DNA of 64,000 nt. Source: Stegostoma tigrinum. Lineage: Eukaryota. The position numbers and the translations under genes are program-made. The DNA lies in contig NC_081355.1 of assembly GCF_030684315.1 (NCBI RefSeq), positions 136,581,178 through 136,645,177 of the forward strand, given 5' to 3'. The notes beneath the pieces are model-generated. The model did no database searches. It was not told the origin of the DNA and worked only from the letters and a program-made list of their open reading frames with translations. Shown piece after piece: positions 24,911 through 38,331 of the stretch; positions within the stretch are counted from its first letter, which is position 1; each line of letters begins with the position of its first letter.

Positions 24911-26592
24911 CTGTATCATTACAGAGCAAAAAAAGGCCATTTGGCCTATCATGTCTGTGTCTGGCTCTGTGTAAGAACAATCTGCCTAGTGCCAACTGTA
25001 AAAAAATTCTGCTTATATTCAACAAAAATCAGCATTTAATCATGTCTACATTTCATCTTTGCAACTACTGAACTGTTTTAACATTGAATGCTCAGAACCT
25101 TGGGGTCTAAGGGCTTAAAGGTTGATATACTTTTCTTTAATATGGACCTTTGAGTTCACAGAGACCTCAAGGCAACTAGCTGTATCCATTTTAAGTTATC
25201 CCTATCTATACAATAGATTTGGATAATTATAAAGGTAAAGCATTCATCTGACCTGGTTTACAATCATTAGAAATATTTTTTCAAAACTCTGTAAAACTCT
25301 TGGATTCAATTGTGTTAATGAAATTACATGGACTATACGTAATGTTTACATTGATAAATATTGATAAAGAGAATAGCTTCAGATTGATCAAGTTGTTTAT
25401 GCAAAACAGACTAGATAAGGAGAGAGCATGATAAGGATTTTTGTAACATTCCAAAGCAAAGATATTTGACCTATTTTTTGCAGACAAGGACTATATATAA
25501 CAATAGTAGATAGTGATGACAAAATTGCTTTGTAGGGTAATGGGCTGTGAACTTTGGTCACATGGATAGTGTCCTTAGATGAATCACAGGGTGTTCCATG
25601 TTCGTGGTTTACTTGGGAAGTAAAGCCTGTCAAAAACGGTTAACCATTACCTTTATTAAGTGTTTTTAATACATAATACATCTTCCAAAATTGTAACAAA
25701 TTAATCTATCCCTTTTTTTTTTCTTCAAGTCCAAGACCTATGGAATTCACATTTGATTCTCACACACACTGCTGATTCAGAGGCAGAAACAAGGGTTAAA
25801 GTTTACTGGTGCTTCTGTGACTGAAAGTCTGTTCCCAGTGAGGGTCCATAGAGCTCAAGAACCAAATCCTTTGTTTGCAATGATTTACACTTCAATGTAA
25901 GGGGAATGATGGGAAGTTTGCAAGTGGTACCAAAATTGGCAGTATGCTTAATAGTGAAGGGTACAGCTGTAAACTAAGGATAATATTCTAGCTGAAATAT
26001 AGATATAAGAGCTGGGAGATAGGGACAAGATAGATAAAGCAGTATTTACACTGCAGCTAGAGTATTGCATGCTCAAAGCACAATCGGATTTATGTGGGTC
26101 TACTACAGAAGTTACAGAGGAGATTAACAAGGATTCTGTCTAGACAGGAGAACTTCAGTTACGAGAATGAGACAGGTTGGGTTAGGGTTATTTTGTTTTG
26201 AACAGAGAAGGCTGGGGGGATACCTAACCATGACAAAATGATTAAGGAATAGAAAGGCCCTTCCACTGATTAAGTAGTGCATAAACAGGAGTATAGCTTT
26301 AGGTTGTACTGGAGGATTAGAGGGGATTCTAGGAGAAATACTGTCACTTACAGAGTGTTTGGAATCTGGAACTCACTACCTGAAAGAATGGTATTGACAG
26401 AAGCTTAAACTATGTTTAAAAAGTACTTGGATATGCATTGAGGAGACATAACTTACAAGGTTACAGAAGAGGTGGACATTTATATTAGACCGCATGGCAA
26501 GTGTCAGCCGAAGCAAGCATGACACGTCAAAGGTAATAAAATGTGAGACTGGATGAACACAGCAGGCCAAGCAGCATCTCAGGAGCACAAAA

Positions 26593-26625
26593 GCTGACGT
26601 TTCGGGCCTAGACCCTTCATCAGAG
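26593..26625 (-). ncRNA. Minimal hammerhead ribozyme motif (left arm)
   Basis: Reverse complement of CT-CTGATGA-A-GGGT ctag GCCC-GAAA-CG-TC-AG. Confidence 0.6.
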
Positions 26626-27832
26626 AGGGGGATGGGGGGAGGGAACTGGAATAAATAGGGAGAGAGGGGGAGGCGGACCGAAGATGGAGAGTAAAGAAGA
26701 TAGGTGGAGAAGGTGTGGGTGGGGAGGTAGGGAGGGGATAGGTCAGTCCAGGGAAGACGGACAGGTCAAGGAGGTGGGATGAGGTTAGTAGGTAGCTGGG
26801 GGTGCGGCTTGGGGTGGGAGGAAGGGATGGGTGAGAGGAAGAACCGGTTAGGGAGGCAGAGACAGGTTGGACTGGTTTTGGGATGCAGTGGGTGGGGGGG
26901 AAGAGCTGGGCTGGTTGTGTGGTGCAGTGGGGGGAGGGGATGAACTGGGCTGGTTTAGGGATGCAGTGGGGGAAGGGGAGATTTTGAAACTGGTGAAGTC
27001 CACATTGATACCATATGGCTGCAGGGTTCCCAGGCGGAATATGAGTTGCTGTTCCTGCAACCTTCGGGTGGCATCATTGTGGCAGTGCAGGAGGCCCATG
27101 ATGGACATGTCATCAAGAGAATGGGAGGGGGAGTGGAAATGGTTTGCGACTGGGAGGTGCAGTTGTTTGTTGCGAACTGAGCGGAGGTGTTCTGCAAAGC
27201 GGTCCCCAAGCCTCCGCTTGGTCTACATTGGGGAAACCAAGCGGAGGCTTGGGGACCGCTTTGCAGAACACCTCCGCTCAGTTCGCAACAAACAACTGCA
27301 CCTCCCAGTCGCAAACCATTTCCACTCCCCCTCCCATTCTCTTGATGACATGTCCATCATGGGCCTCCTGCACTGCCACAATGATGCCACCCGAAGGTTG
27401 CAGGAACAGCAACTCATATTCCACCTGGGAACCCTGCAGCCATATGGTATCAATGTGGACTTCACCAGTTTCAAAATCTCCCCTTCCCCCACTGCATCCC
27501 TAAACCAGCCCAGTTCATCCCCTCCCCCCACTGCACCACATAACCAGCCCAGCTCTTCCCCCCCACCCACTGCATCCCAAAACCAGTCCAACCTGTCTCT
27601 GCCTCCCTAACCGGTTCTTCCTCTCACCCATCCCTTCCTCCCACCCCAAGCCGCACCCCCAGCTACCTACTAACCTCATCCCACCTCCTTGACCTGTCCG
27701 TCTTCCCTGGACTGACCTATCCCCTCCCTACCTCCCCACCCACACCTTCTCCACCTATCTTCTTTACTCTCCATCTTCGGTCCGCCTCCCCCTCTCTCCC
27801 TATTTATTCCAGTTCCCTCCCCCCATCCCCCT

Positions 27833-27864
27833 CTCTGATGAAGGGTCTAGGCCCGAAACGTCAG
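27833..27864 (+). ncRNA. Minimal hammerhead ribozyme motif (right arm)
   Basis: CT-CTGATGA-A-GGGT ctag GCCC-GAAA-CG-TC-AG: the conserved core boxes, a 4-bp stem II, palindromic ACGT in place of stem III, and only a short stem I. Confidence 0.6.
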
Positions 27865-28019
27865 CTTTTGTGCTCCTGAGATGCTGCTTGGCCTGCTGTG
27901 TTCATCCAGCCTCACATTTTATTATCTTGGAATCTCCAGCATCTGCAGTTCCCATTATCTATGACACGTCAAAGGACCTTCTTTCATGCTGTGAATTTCT
28001 TTGATATATTCAGAAGGTC

Positions 28020-29100
28020 AGGAGGAATGGGATACAGGGGAACTTAGCTGCTTGGATACAGAATTGGCTGGCCAACAGAAGACAGCGTGTGGTAGTAGAA
28101 GGAAAATATTCTGCCTGGAAGTCAGTGGTGAGTGGGGTTCCACAGGGCTCTGTCCTTGGGCCTCTACTGTTTGTAATTTTTATTAATGACTTGGACGAGG
28201 GAATTGAAGGATGGGTCAGCAAGTTTGCAGACGACACAAAGGTCGGAGGTGTCGTTGACAGTGTAGAGGGCTGTTGTAGGCTGCAGCGGGACATTGACAG
28301 GATGCAGAGATGGGCTGAGAGGTGGCAGATGGAGTTCAACCTGGATAAATGCGAGGTGATGCATTTTGGAAGGTCGAATTTGAAAGCTGAGTACAGGATT
28401 AAGGATAGGATTCTTGGCAGCGTGGAGGAACAGAGGGATCTTGGTGTGCAGATACATAGATCCCTTAAAATGGACAGGGTTGTTAAGAAAGCATATGGTG
28501 TTTTGGCTTTCATTAACAGGGGGATTGAGTTTAAGAGTCGTGAGATCTTGTTGCAGCTCTATAAAACTTTGGTTAGACCGCACTTGGAATACTGCGTCCA
28601 GTTCTGGGCGCCCTATTATAGGAAAGATGTGGATGCTTTGGAGAGGGTTCAGAGGTTTACCAGGATGCTGCCTGGACTGGAGGGCTTATCTTATGAAGAG
28701 AGGTTGACTGAGCTCGGTCTCTTTTCATTGGAGAAAAGGAGGAGGAGAGGGGACCTAATTGAGGTATACAAGATAATGAGAGGCATAGATAGAGTCGATA
28801 GCCAGAGACTATTTCCCAGGGCAGAAATGGCTAGCACGAGGGGTCATAGTTTTAAGCTGGTTGGTGGAAAGTATAGAGGGGATGTCAGAGGCAGGTTCTT
28901 TACGCAGAGAGTTGTGAGAGCATGGAATGCGTTGCCAGCAGCAGTTGTGGAAGCAAGGTCATTGGGGTCATTTAAGAGACTGCTGGACATGCATATGGTC
29001 ACAGAAATTTGAGGGTGCATCCATGAGGATCAATGGTCGGCACAACATTGTGGGCTGAAGGGCCTGTTCTGTGCTGTACTGTTCTATGTTCTATGTTCTA
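28020..29100 (+). mobile_element. Young 5'-truncated CR1 LINE (RT domain, 307-aa ORF)
   Basis: 'SGVPQGSVLGPLLFVIFINDLD', 'KFADDTK' and 'RPHLEYCVQFW', with a 3' (TTCTATG)n tail. Confidence 0.95.
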
Positions 29101-29129
29101 TATAAAGATGTTGTTTTAACAGACTACAG

Positions 29130-29720
29130 AATGCCATGGTACAAAGGGACTTGTGTGTCTTGTACATGAATCAGGAAGTAGTCAGGAAGACAAATCAAAT
29201 ATTGGTCTTTCTTGCAAGGTGGAATGGAGTATAAATGAAGGAACGTCTTGCTACAAATGTTCAGAACATTAATAAGACCACAACTAGAGTCTTGCCTACA
29301 GTTTTGGTCTAATTGTTCACGTTGGGATAGAATTGCATTGGAAACCATTCATTTTACCAGGTTGATTCCTGGGTTGAAAAGTTTGTCTTCTGAAAAATGC
29401 TTGAACAGGTGGGACCTACACTCAGTGAAGTTTACAATTGTGGGAGGTGATCTTATTGAAGCATATACTTCTGAGGACACAGAATTTATTGTGAGGATCT
29501 CAGAATTTGCTATTGGCATTTTGAAGTTAGTTGGGAGTTCTCCACTCCAGACAGTGGTATAGACTAAGTCACTGAATACATTCAAACCAACCAATTCCTT
29601 AATTTTAGTGGAGGACAGACTAAGTGGGCTGAAGGAAAAGATCATTATCAGCCATGATCTTAATAGATGAAAGGGCAGAATTTGAGGGGACCATACTCTG
29701 AAATCTGTCTTTTTGATTCC
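29130..29720 (+). mobile_element. Old CR1 3' fragment
   Basis: 'LIRPQLESCLQFWS...FTRLIPGLKSLS'. Confidence 0.75.
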
Positions 29721-30494
29721 CAAATATCAATTTCTTGTCCATCATCAGTAACTCCTGTTTTAAGTTTTTGTTTCACTTCCCAATAACTGTTTGAAAAATA
29801 ATTGCATTATCATTCGACTCAATGTAAAGAATTTTTAAGATGGAAGAACATATTGTGCAAATTGCTGAATATCCACACTTTTGGACTGATCTAAGAGATT
29901 GTAACCAGTCAATAAAAATGAAATACTAGTAGTGGATGCTGGGAACCTGACTTAAAAACAAAGAAGACTGAAGAAATTCAGGAGGTCTAGCAAAAAGAAA
30001 CAGGGGTTGGCTAGCTCACAACAACAGCATAAGTTTCTGGAAAAGCTCAGCAGGTCTTGCAGAATCTGTGAGGGAAAAAGCAGCGCTAACATTTCTGAGA
30101 TAGTAGGAACTGTAGATGCTGGAAAATCTGAGACAATAAGGTGTAGAGCTGGATGAACCCAGCAGGCCAAGTAGCATCAGAGGAGCAGAAGGCTGACGTT
30201 TCAGGCCCGGACCCTTCTTAACATTTCTGGTTCGGTGACCTTTCCTCAGCACCGGAGTTGTTATACTGGTTAGCTCAATTTGCTGGACTGTTATTGCCAC
30301 TGAGTTCAATTCCGCTCCAGCCGAAGTTACCATAAGATATTCACTCACTAAAGTTAAAACCCTCTCCAGACATATTTTTCTCTCTCTCTCCCCCCGACCC
30401 CTCTGGCGGAAACAGCAATCTTGTAGTCTTTCTCTTTAGAGAAAAACAAGAGTTAGCGTTTCGAGTCCGATAATAACTTCTTCAGAACTTTTAA

Positions 30495-30891
30495 GGGCCA
30501 CAACCAATAGAGCAGGTGGAAGCAGGTTAAAACGTCATTTGCACGTTACTCTGGTGGGCGGAACTCAGTAAAACGTCGAAGGGTAGCGGAAGGTGTAGGA
30601 GGAGGCAGATATCCGTCTGAAACCGAGCAATTGAAAATAAGGATCGGCGGAGCGGGCTGCTTTACGGCTACCAGCGGGATTGGATACACGATCAGCACGC
30701 GGCGGCTGTTGACTCGATACAGCGTTGTCTTGACGTTCGATTGGAACACGGACAATCACCGGGCAACATTCGATCTCAGTGCGCATGCGCTTTCCTCCCG
30801 GGCCACGCTCGAACCACCGCCCGCTGATTGGGCCTGCTCATCGGAAGATCGCGGAAGGCGGCCAGCGGATTGGTGGGTTTCAGTCGGATTG
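30495..30891 (+). promoter_or_regulatory. IDI1 CpG-rich promoter with five CCAAT (NF-Y) boxes, GC boxes and an NRF1 site
   Basis: CCAAT at 30504-30508; ATTGG at 30679, 30740, 30827 and 30869; GGGCGG at ~30556; CCGCCC at ~30817; TGCGCATGCGC at 30780-30790. Confidence 0.75.
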
Positions 30892-30992
30892 ATGCTGCGG
30901 ATGGCTCTTGTTGCTTATGTGTGGCAGCTCGGCAGCTTGTTGCGTCGAGCTGCTCAGCGCCAACATTCTGTAGCTGTACCCTGGTTTTCTGG
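30892..30992 (+). CDS. IDI1: Isopentenyl-diphosphate delta-isomerase, exon 1 (N-terminal extension)
   Basis: MLRMALVAYVWQLGSLLRRAAQRQHSVAVPWFS-GG|gtaagt. Splices in frame (phase 2) to 32718. Confidence 0.7.
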
Positions 30993-32685
30993 GTAAGTGG
31001 TAGTTAGTCTAACCTCTAGTAACCAGAATCAAGTTGGCTTTCATGTCAGTGAAAGTAAACCCAGTGATTTCTTCCTCACCTCCTTGTTACGAAAGGAATA
31101 ATTTCTTTATTAGTTTCTCGACGGCCTTGGGTTACCGAAACTGCAGGAACTGTATCAGAGATAATGGCAACTACATATTCTGGACAGTGCAAATAGTTTG
31201 GATAAAAACCGAAAGAACTGCGGATGCTGTAAATCACCAACAAAAACGGAAGTTGTTGAAAAGCTCAGCAGGTCTGGTAGAGTCACCGGACCCGAAATGT
31301 TAACTTTTTTTCTTCACAGATGCTGTCAGACCTGCTGAGCCTTTCCAGCAACTCCTGTTTTGTTACTGTAATTTGAATCTGTGGGATGAGGTATTTTGTG
31401 GAAAGATCCCGCAATTTAAATCAGGCTGTTCTGCCCAAATAGACTGCCAGCGTTTCTGCTGCAGATGAGTATCACCTCTTCTGTTTTTCCCCCCTAACCT
31501 CCTCATATCTCGGTCCTTTGTTCCGTCCTCATTTTGCTGTCCTGTCCTCATTTTGCTGTCCTATATGTAGCGAGGCTCTGTGTCTCAGGAACCTATAATA
31601 CAGTTAGTCTCTGTAGCCTAGTTAGATTGGAAACCTTTTCCTAAGGAATAGGAGTAATCCGATCAGTACCTCAATCCTGGGAGACAATTCTAGATCATCT
31701 CCCTTAATTGCTACACTATTCCTTGAGAACAAGCAATCTCTGGGTTGCAAACAGGGTCTGTTCACAGGTCAATTTGTATGCAAGTCAGAACACAATACAG
31801 GACAATATAAAATAGCCATCGGTAAATATGAAGTAGATGCTAGAACTTTAAAGTTTAATATTTAATGCAACTCTACGTGGTATGACTTTTATAAGGATGA
31901 ATGTTTGGAATTCAGGATGTTGTTAAATTGGGATTGTGATTAGAAATCTTGATTTCTGCTGAGTTTGCTTAATGATAGAATTCTTCACCCCAGAGGACTG
32001 TGGGAATTCAGACGATTCCCTGTCTTTTGACTGAAGAGGTACCTCCTCCGATCGATCTTAAGTGACTTACCTCTCACCCTGACCTGATGTCTGAATACTC
32101 CAGACTCTAACCATGGGAAACCACCTTTCCGTATCTACTGTCTATCCATTTAAAACTTTATTTCTAAAAACTGGATCTGTGCCTAAACTACCAGAACAAG
32201 CGATGAGTTCATGAGTGTTATTCCTTGAAACCAGATATAAATGTGTACCAGTGTAAAATGGCACTACAGTTCCCAAAAGATTATGCTGCTCCTTTTAAGT
32301 GATGTAGGTGTTGTCCCCTTAGTGGAAGGATAAGTGACTTATTTTCCTGTAAGTAGCCACAAGAGTCATAGATGCTTGTTGCTTTGTCATTTTACTCTTT
32401 TTCTTCTGCTGGTAACTTGGTCTGGCTGAAATTAAGATGTTATGGTGGAAAGGTGAAGAAAAAAGTAATGTCTTGTATAGTATCCGTGTTGATGTGATAT
32501 ATATCTGGATACCACCTTGCTGCAGAAGAAACTAAACAAATTTTTGTTTTATAATTTTAATTCTAAATTCTAATGCTAACATCCACTCAACTGACAGTCT
32601 GTTTTTACAAAATGAAACTTTTTGTAACATATGTTTAATACACAAATTGCAAGTAAAAGTTGGAATGGTCATTAGACTAATGTAA

Positions 32686-32943
<258 letters not shown>

Positions 32944-33854
32944 TAAGTTATCAGGATTACAAAACACTAGTTAACTTCTTCCTTTTGGCATTTTCTGTAC
33001 TCCAGCCCAGGTGAGAAGGGTGATAGCTTGGAAACGTCATCAGGCAATTCCTGCCCAACCAGAGCATCTCTACCGTGGAGACTCTATTATGTATCTTCTT
33101 AGTAAAATATTGAGTAAATAGTTATGACTTATATGTTGTTTTTTCACCAAAAAATTCATCAAAGTATCAAAGCCTCTTATTCTCTGGAGAACATGCAAGT
33201 TCTCTGGAAGGAAAACACTGATACAGACTTGCTGGTCTCCATGATCAAAGTATATCCTGCCCATTCCAGTAGCATGTGCTACCATTAAATTGAGGGTTTC
33301 ATAATGATGTTTGGTGTCAGATCACGGCTTATCAAAAAGCAACATTACAAAGTAATTTAACTCTTGAAAATGAAGAAGAGGCAATTTATTTCATGAAGTT
33401 GCTACCAATCAGACAGTCTCAATGTGGATGGATGTTATTCTATATCATGATTTCAACTGTGTGGCTGTCTAAATTTTGAAACTTGGGAGGAGCAAGAGAA
33501 GAAGATTCTCAGCTGCGTAGATCTCTAACTTTTCATCTTTAAAAGCAAGAAGGTTTTTGGGGAAGGGTTGCTGAAAATAAGAGTAGAATCTGCAATATGA
33601 ATTTTAAATCTTTGAAAGGAAAATACAAACTTATTTGTTCAAAATATTTATGGATAGAAAGGTTTTCTTAAATTTATTTGTGGATGTGAGGAGTGTCATA
33701 TCAGGCATGATCCTGTTACATGCTGAAGCAGACTTGAGGGCCTGAATGGCCTACTCTTTCTGATTTCTTGTGCTTCCCAGAAGATAGGATTGTAACTGCA
33801 GCTGCTAGAATGTCAGCACGCAGAGTATGTTGATGCTGAACATGCAGAAAAGAT

Positions 33855-34230
33855 TTACAAGGATGTTGCCAGGGTTGGAGGGTTTGAACTGTAGGGAGAG
33901 GCTGACCAGGCTATTTTCCCTGGAACATCGGAGGTTGAGGGGTGACCTTTCAGAGGTTTATAAAAACTTGAGGGGGCATGAATAGGGTGCATAGCTAAGG
34001 TCTTTTTCCTAGGGTAGGGGAGTCCAAAACTAGAGGGCATACGTTTAAAGTGAGAGGGGAAAGATATGAAAGGGACCTGAGGCATTGGATGGGTACATAT
34101 AGGAAGGGTTTACAGGGATATGGGGGGGGGGCAAATGCTGGCAAATGGGACTAGATTAATTTAGGATATGGGACTGGCCTGGATGAGCTGGACCGAAGGG
34201 TTTGTTTCTGTGATGTACGTCGGACTCTAT
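33855..34230 (+). mobile_element. CR1 3' fragment in IDI1 intron 2
   Basis: GATTTACAAGGATGTTGCCAGGGTTGGAGGG...GGACCGAAGGGTTTGTTTCTGTG is a CR1 3' end. Confidence 0.8.
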
Positions 34231-34250
34231 AACTGCGTGCAAGTGAATAA

Positions 34251-34418
<168 letters not shown>

Positions 34419-35480
34419 TAAGATCCTAGGGTATTGGCAGTGAAAATCTCTCACCCTAGTTTGTTTTACTTCAGTTATCAGGGTTCCTAGGGCTTCACAG
34501 TTGATACCATTCTCAGTCGTTTGTAAGTTGGAAGGTTCTGGCGTCAAGTCCCAATGCAGGACCTGAAGAACAAAATTAAAGTTGACACTTCATGGTAGTC
34601 CTGAATGAGTGCAGCAGTACTGTCAGAGATGCCATCTTGCTGTGCTATAACACTGAGGGTTTTAGCTACAAGGGTAATACCTAAAATCTTTTTGTATATT
34701 TAATATGTTACATACAGAAAATATTTGTCTGAGTAAAGCTGGTAATTAATTAGATGATTTCCCAATTTTTTTCTGTTCAGAATGTGATCTAAAACAATTA
34801 CATTGATCTTCACCATTTTAATATGTAGTGAATTTGTAATTTTAATATTTTAGCTTGAACTTATTTAGTCAGGAAGTGTCCCTTCTCCTCCAGCTTTTGT
34901 GTTTTCACATGGCTGGAGATGCTCCAGACCTTGGCTTGGCTTGGAAGTAAATCACGGATGAGATTTTTTAAAGTATACTACTTTAATGGAATGTAGGGCT
35001 CACCAGCATGTTTTCCATTTGAACGAAGTGCCTTGCTGTCCAATTCAGAGGCATTTTTAAAAACAAAACTATATTGGTGTGGAACAATGCGTAGGCCAGA
35101 GCAGAAAGGTGCTGCATTTTTTTTTAAGGGGAGAATGCTGCCACAGACAAAGTATGGGTTGAATTATGACATTTTGGTTTTGTAAGGCCAAATTGTTTTT
35201 TCTAGGCATAAAGATATTTGCATACACTAAACATGATTGTAATTTGTAAATAACATTTATTGAATTGTGTAACTGTCTCTTTTTCCAGTAAACCTCTTTG
35301 GAGGTCACTCTTGTTCATCATGCTGACCTGAAAGCATATCTCCTGCCCTTACTGAATCTCACTGGATGCAAGCTGCAAAGCCTGTCTCCTAGTCTAGTTG
35401 ACAGACAGATGCAGAATGTTAAGCAGTTGGGGGTGATCTGTGCTAAATTTGGTGTAATTGGAGTTTGTGGATGTGGCTGA

Positions 35481-35732
<252 letters not shown>

Positions 35733-37909
35733 TAAATAGCAAAACTAATTCAGTCAAGTTTCATGCACGAGACTTCTCAAATGAGCCATACTTCAGACCC
35801 AGTAATCTTAAAATATACTGCACATCTATTACGGCCAGACTTCCATCTCCAAAACAAATTTCTGTTTTGTTGTAAATGGACTGAAGCGTGAGTAGCTGAA
35901 GTATGTAACAGTTGTCTGTGAACTGCATGCCTGAGAAATTAAACAGAATAGACTCCTGCCAACTCCTGTCCCCTTATTCTTTGAAATTGGTGGCCAACAC
36001 TGTAATTACCTCTGTCTTTTGAAGCATCCTAGATTTTTTATTTAAATGTTGGAAAGTACTTTACAAGTTGGTATTATATTCTTGTGCCATGATAACAATG
36101 AGTAAAAGATGCGTTGTGCGGATATGTTCACCAGTCATACTGTGATGGTGACCAAGTCAACACCAGAATAATTCCTGTTGAGGCATCTGTGTCGGACTTT
36201 CATGTCACCTTAGACCTTTTCAATTTACAATAGGCTAAAGAATTATTTGACATTGGACAAACCAAAAGTAGAAAGAACAGTTGGGCCAGTGCCTGTGGGA
36301 GTTAAGAAATAAGAAGTGATCTGATTTGAAATACAAGATCCTGAAGGTACTTGACAGGGTGGTAATCAGAAATCCCTCCCTTGTAGGAGTGACCAGAACT
36401 TGGAGACACAGTTTAAGAGTGAGAAACCACATTTCTGCAACAGATGAGGACAAATATTTTTGGAGGTTGCTTAATCTGGAAAATTCTCTTCTCCAGAAAT
36501 CAGTAAGATTTAAATCATTTGAATTAATTCAAGGCAGGGTCAGATTTTTGATAGTCAAGGTACATGGGCTGGTTAGACTGGGAAGGGGACTGAAGACAAA
36601 AACGATGATCTTATCAATTGGCTGAGCAGGCTTGAAGGGAGTAGGCCAAAGAACTTTATTTTTGCAAGTTGAATAAGAAACAGAAACGTCCTGACTTGTA
36701 AGTTGGAATTTAATATCACTACCACAACTGGTTTAACCAAGCAGTTTGGGTTTTTTTTAAAAAGGCAAGTACATAGAGGGAGTCAGTAGACATGGTGACT
36801 CTAAATATATGAAGAATACTTAAGTTAATGGACTGTGGCCCTCTAAAATGCTTGCAAATCTTTAAGGAGTTTTAAATGGACTTTTTCATTCGAGGAATGA
36901 AAATTTAAATTTCAGGCATACAACTTCTTAAATTGTAAGAGATTTAAGCAGCAGCTGCTCAAAACTACCTTTTTGCTGCTTTAAGTTGACATGTGGATTG
37001 GCATTAAAAAAAGCCTTCAAGTATGTATTGATAAGAAGTGAGGCTAGGACTTGTGGATCATTAATGGTGAGCTGTCTAATTTTCTAATGTGGGAATTGGC
37101 TGATTCCTTACATGATAGTAACCACTCAGGTGACAAGTTTCATCTCTAAGTAAAATGTTGAATGGACTAATTTTATACAATAAAAGACTTAATTTTTATA
37201 ACACTGAATTTGGGTCTCGAATGAGAATTCTAAGTGTGAGGGACAAACTTATGCTAAATATAAATGTCAGATTGGTTTTGACTCTAGCCTAAGAGCCTGT
37301 GATGCATAAATCAAATGAGGATAGAAATAACATTGTTTTCAAATAGTCATGAGGATTTCATTCAAAGTTCTCTGTATGGTCCTTTTTGATATAGTAGGTT
37401 TTTTTTCATCCTTGTGCTCATGGTTTACTCCAAGGAAATCTAAATTGTTTTGCCCTTTTTAAGATTCTTGCAGAGATAGAATATACACACTTTCTTTCCA
37501 TCTTTTGTAATGGAGTATTTTTGTATTGTGTAAGGTTAGGAATAAATTGTGAATATTTCAACAAAATGTTATTAGACACCCCTGGAACAGGTGGGACTTT
37601 TTTCTGGGCCTTGTGGTCCAGTGGTAGGGATGTGAGTTTGTCAAGCTTTGCTGCATTTTTAATGAACAGCTGGTGTGCCACATCAGTTCATACAATTTAA
37701 CTTCTCATTGTGCAATATTCATACTAATGTAAAATATACGCCCCTAGCTCTGAACTAACTTTAAAAGCAAAATGCCTGCCAACACAGATTAATGAGTTTG
37801 TAGACTAAGTCCAGATTCACCCTTTTGTTTAACATGGTTTAGGATGTCAAACAATTTAACATATTTGATCTCCTTTTCTCTCCTAACTGTTGAAATATTT
37901 TGACATTAG

Positions 37910-38227
<318 letters not shown>

Positions 38228-38331
38228 GTGGCTTTGGACTTTCTGCATGTGCAGCTGTGTTAAAGAACTAATTTTCTGCATGTTATAAACACAAATTAGG
38301 CACGTAACATTTTGCACTCTGTTTCCAGTTT

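Larger units (their letters stand above)
26534..27960. mobile_element. Fold-back Penelope-like (Neptune-like GIY-YIG) insertion with 689-bp inverted arms
   Basis: Arms 26534-27222 and 27236-27924 (about 3 mismatches seen), a 13-nt spacer and a 36-nt tail (27925-27960). The perfect 15-bp TSD ATGACACGTCAAAGG is at 26519-26533 and 27961-27975. It encodes 'YIGETKRRLGDRFAEHLRSVR...RRLQEQQLIF.LGTLQPYGIN'. Confidence 0.95.

Noticed and set aside
26867-27610. 247-aa ORF and its mirror ORFs on both strands (also 56301-57029)
   Set aside because: A by-product of the palindrome: antisense of the PLE arm fused at the centre to the sense GIY-YIG C-terminus. Not a host gene.
28010-28583. 167-aa and 139-aa minus-strand ORFs
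   Set aside because: Antisense frames of the CR1 RT.
18640-30490. Expected WDR37 5' exons head-to-head with IDI1
   Set aside because: No WD40-like or WDR37-like coding exon recognised; a non-coding first exon cannot be excluded by eye.
30631-30891. Upstream part of the 121-aa ORF over the IDI1 promoter
   Set aside because: It starts at TTG and runs through CCAAT boxes; only the portion from ATG 30892 is a plausible coding exon.
31524-31561. 19-bp tandem duplication, and similar ones at ~12169-12213, ~20497-20538 and ~22879-22914
   Set aside because: Two-copy local slippage duplications with no spacers; not CRISPR-like or evidently functional.
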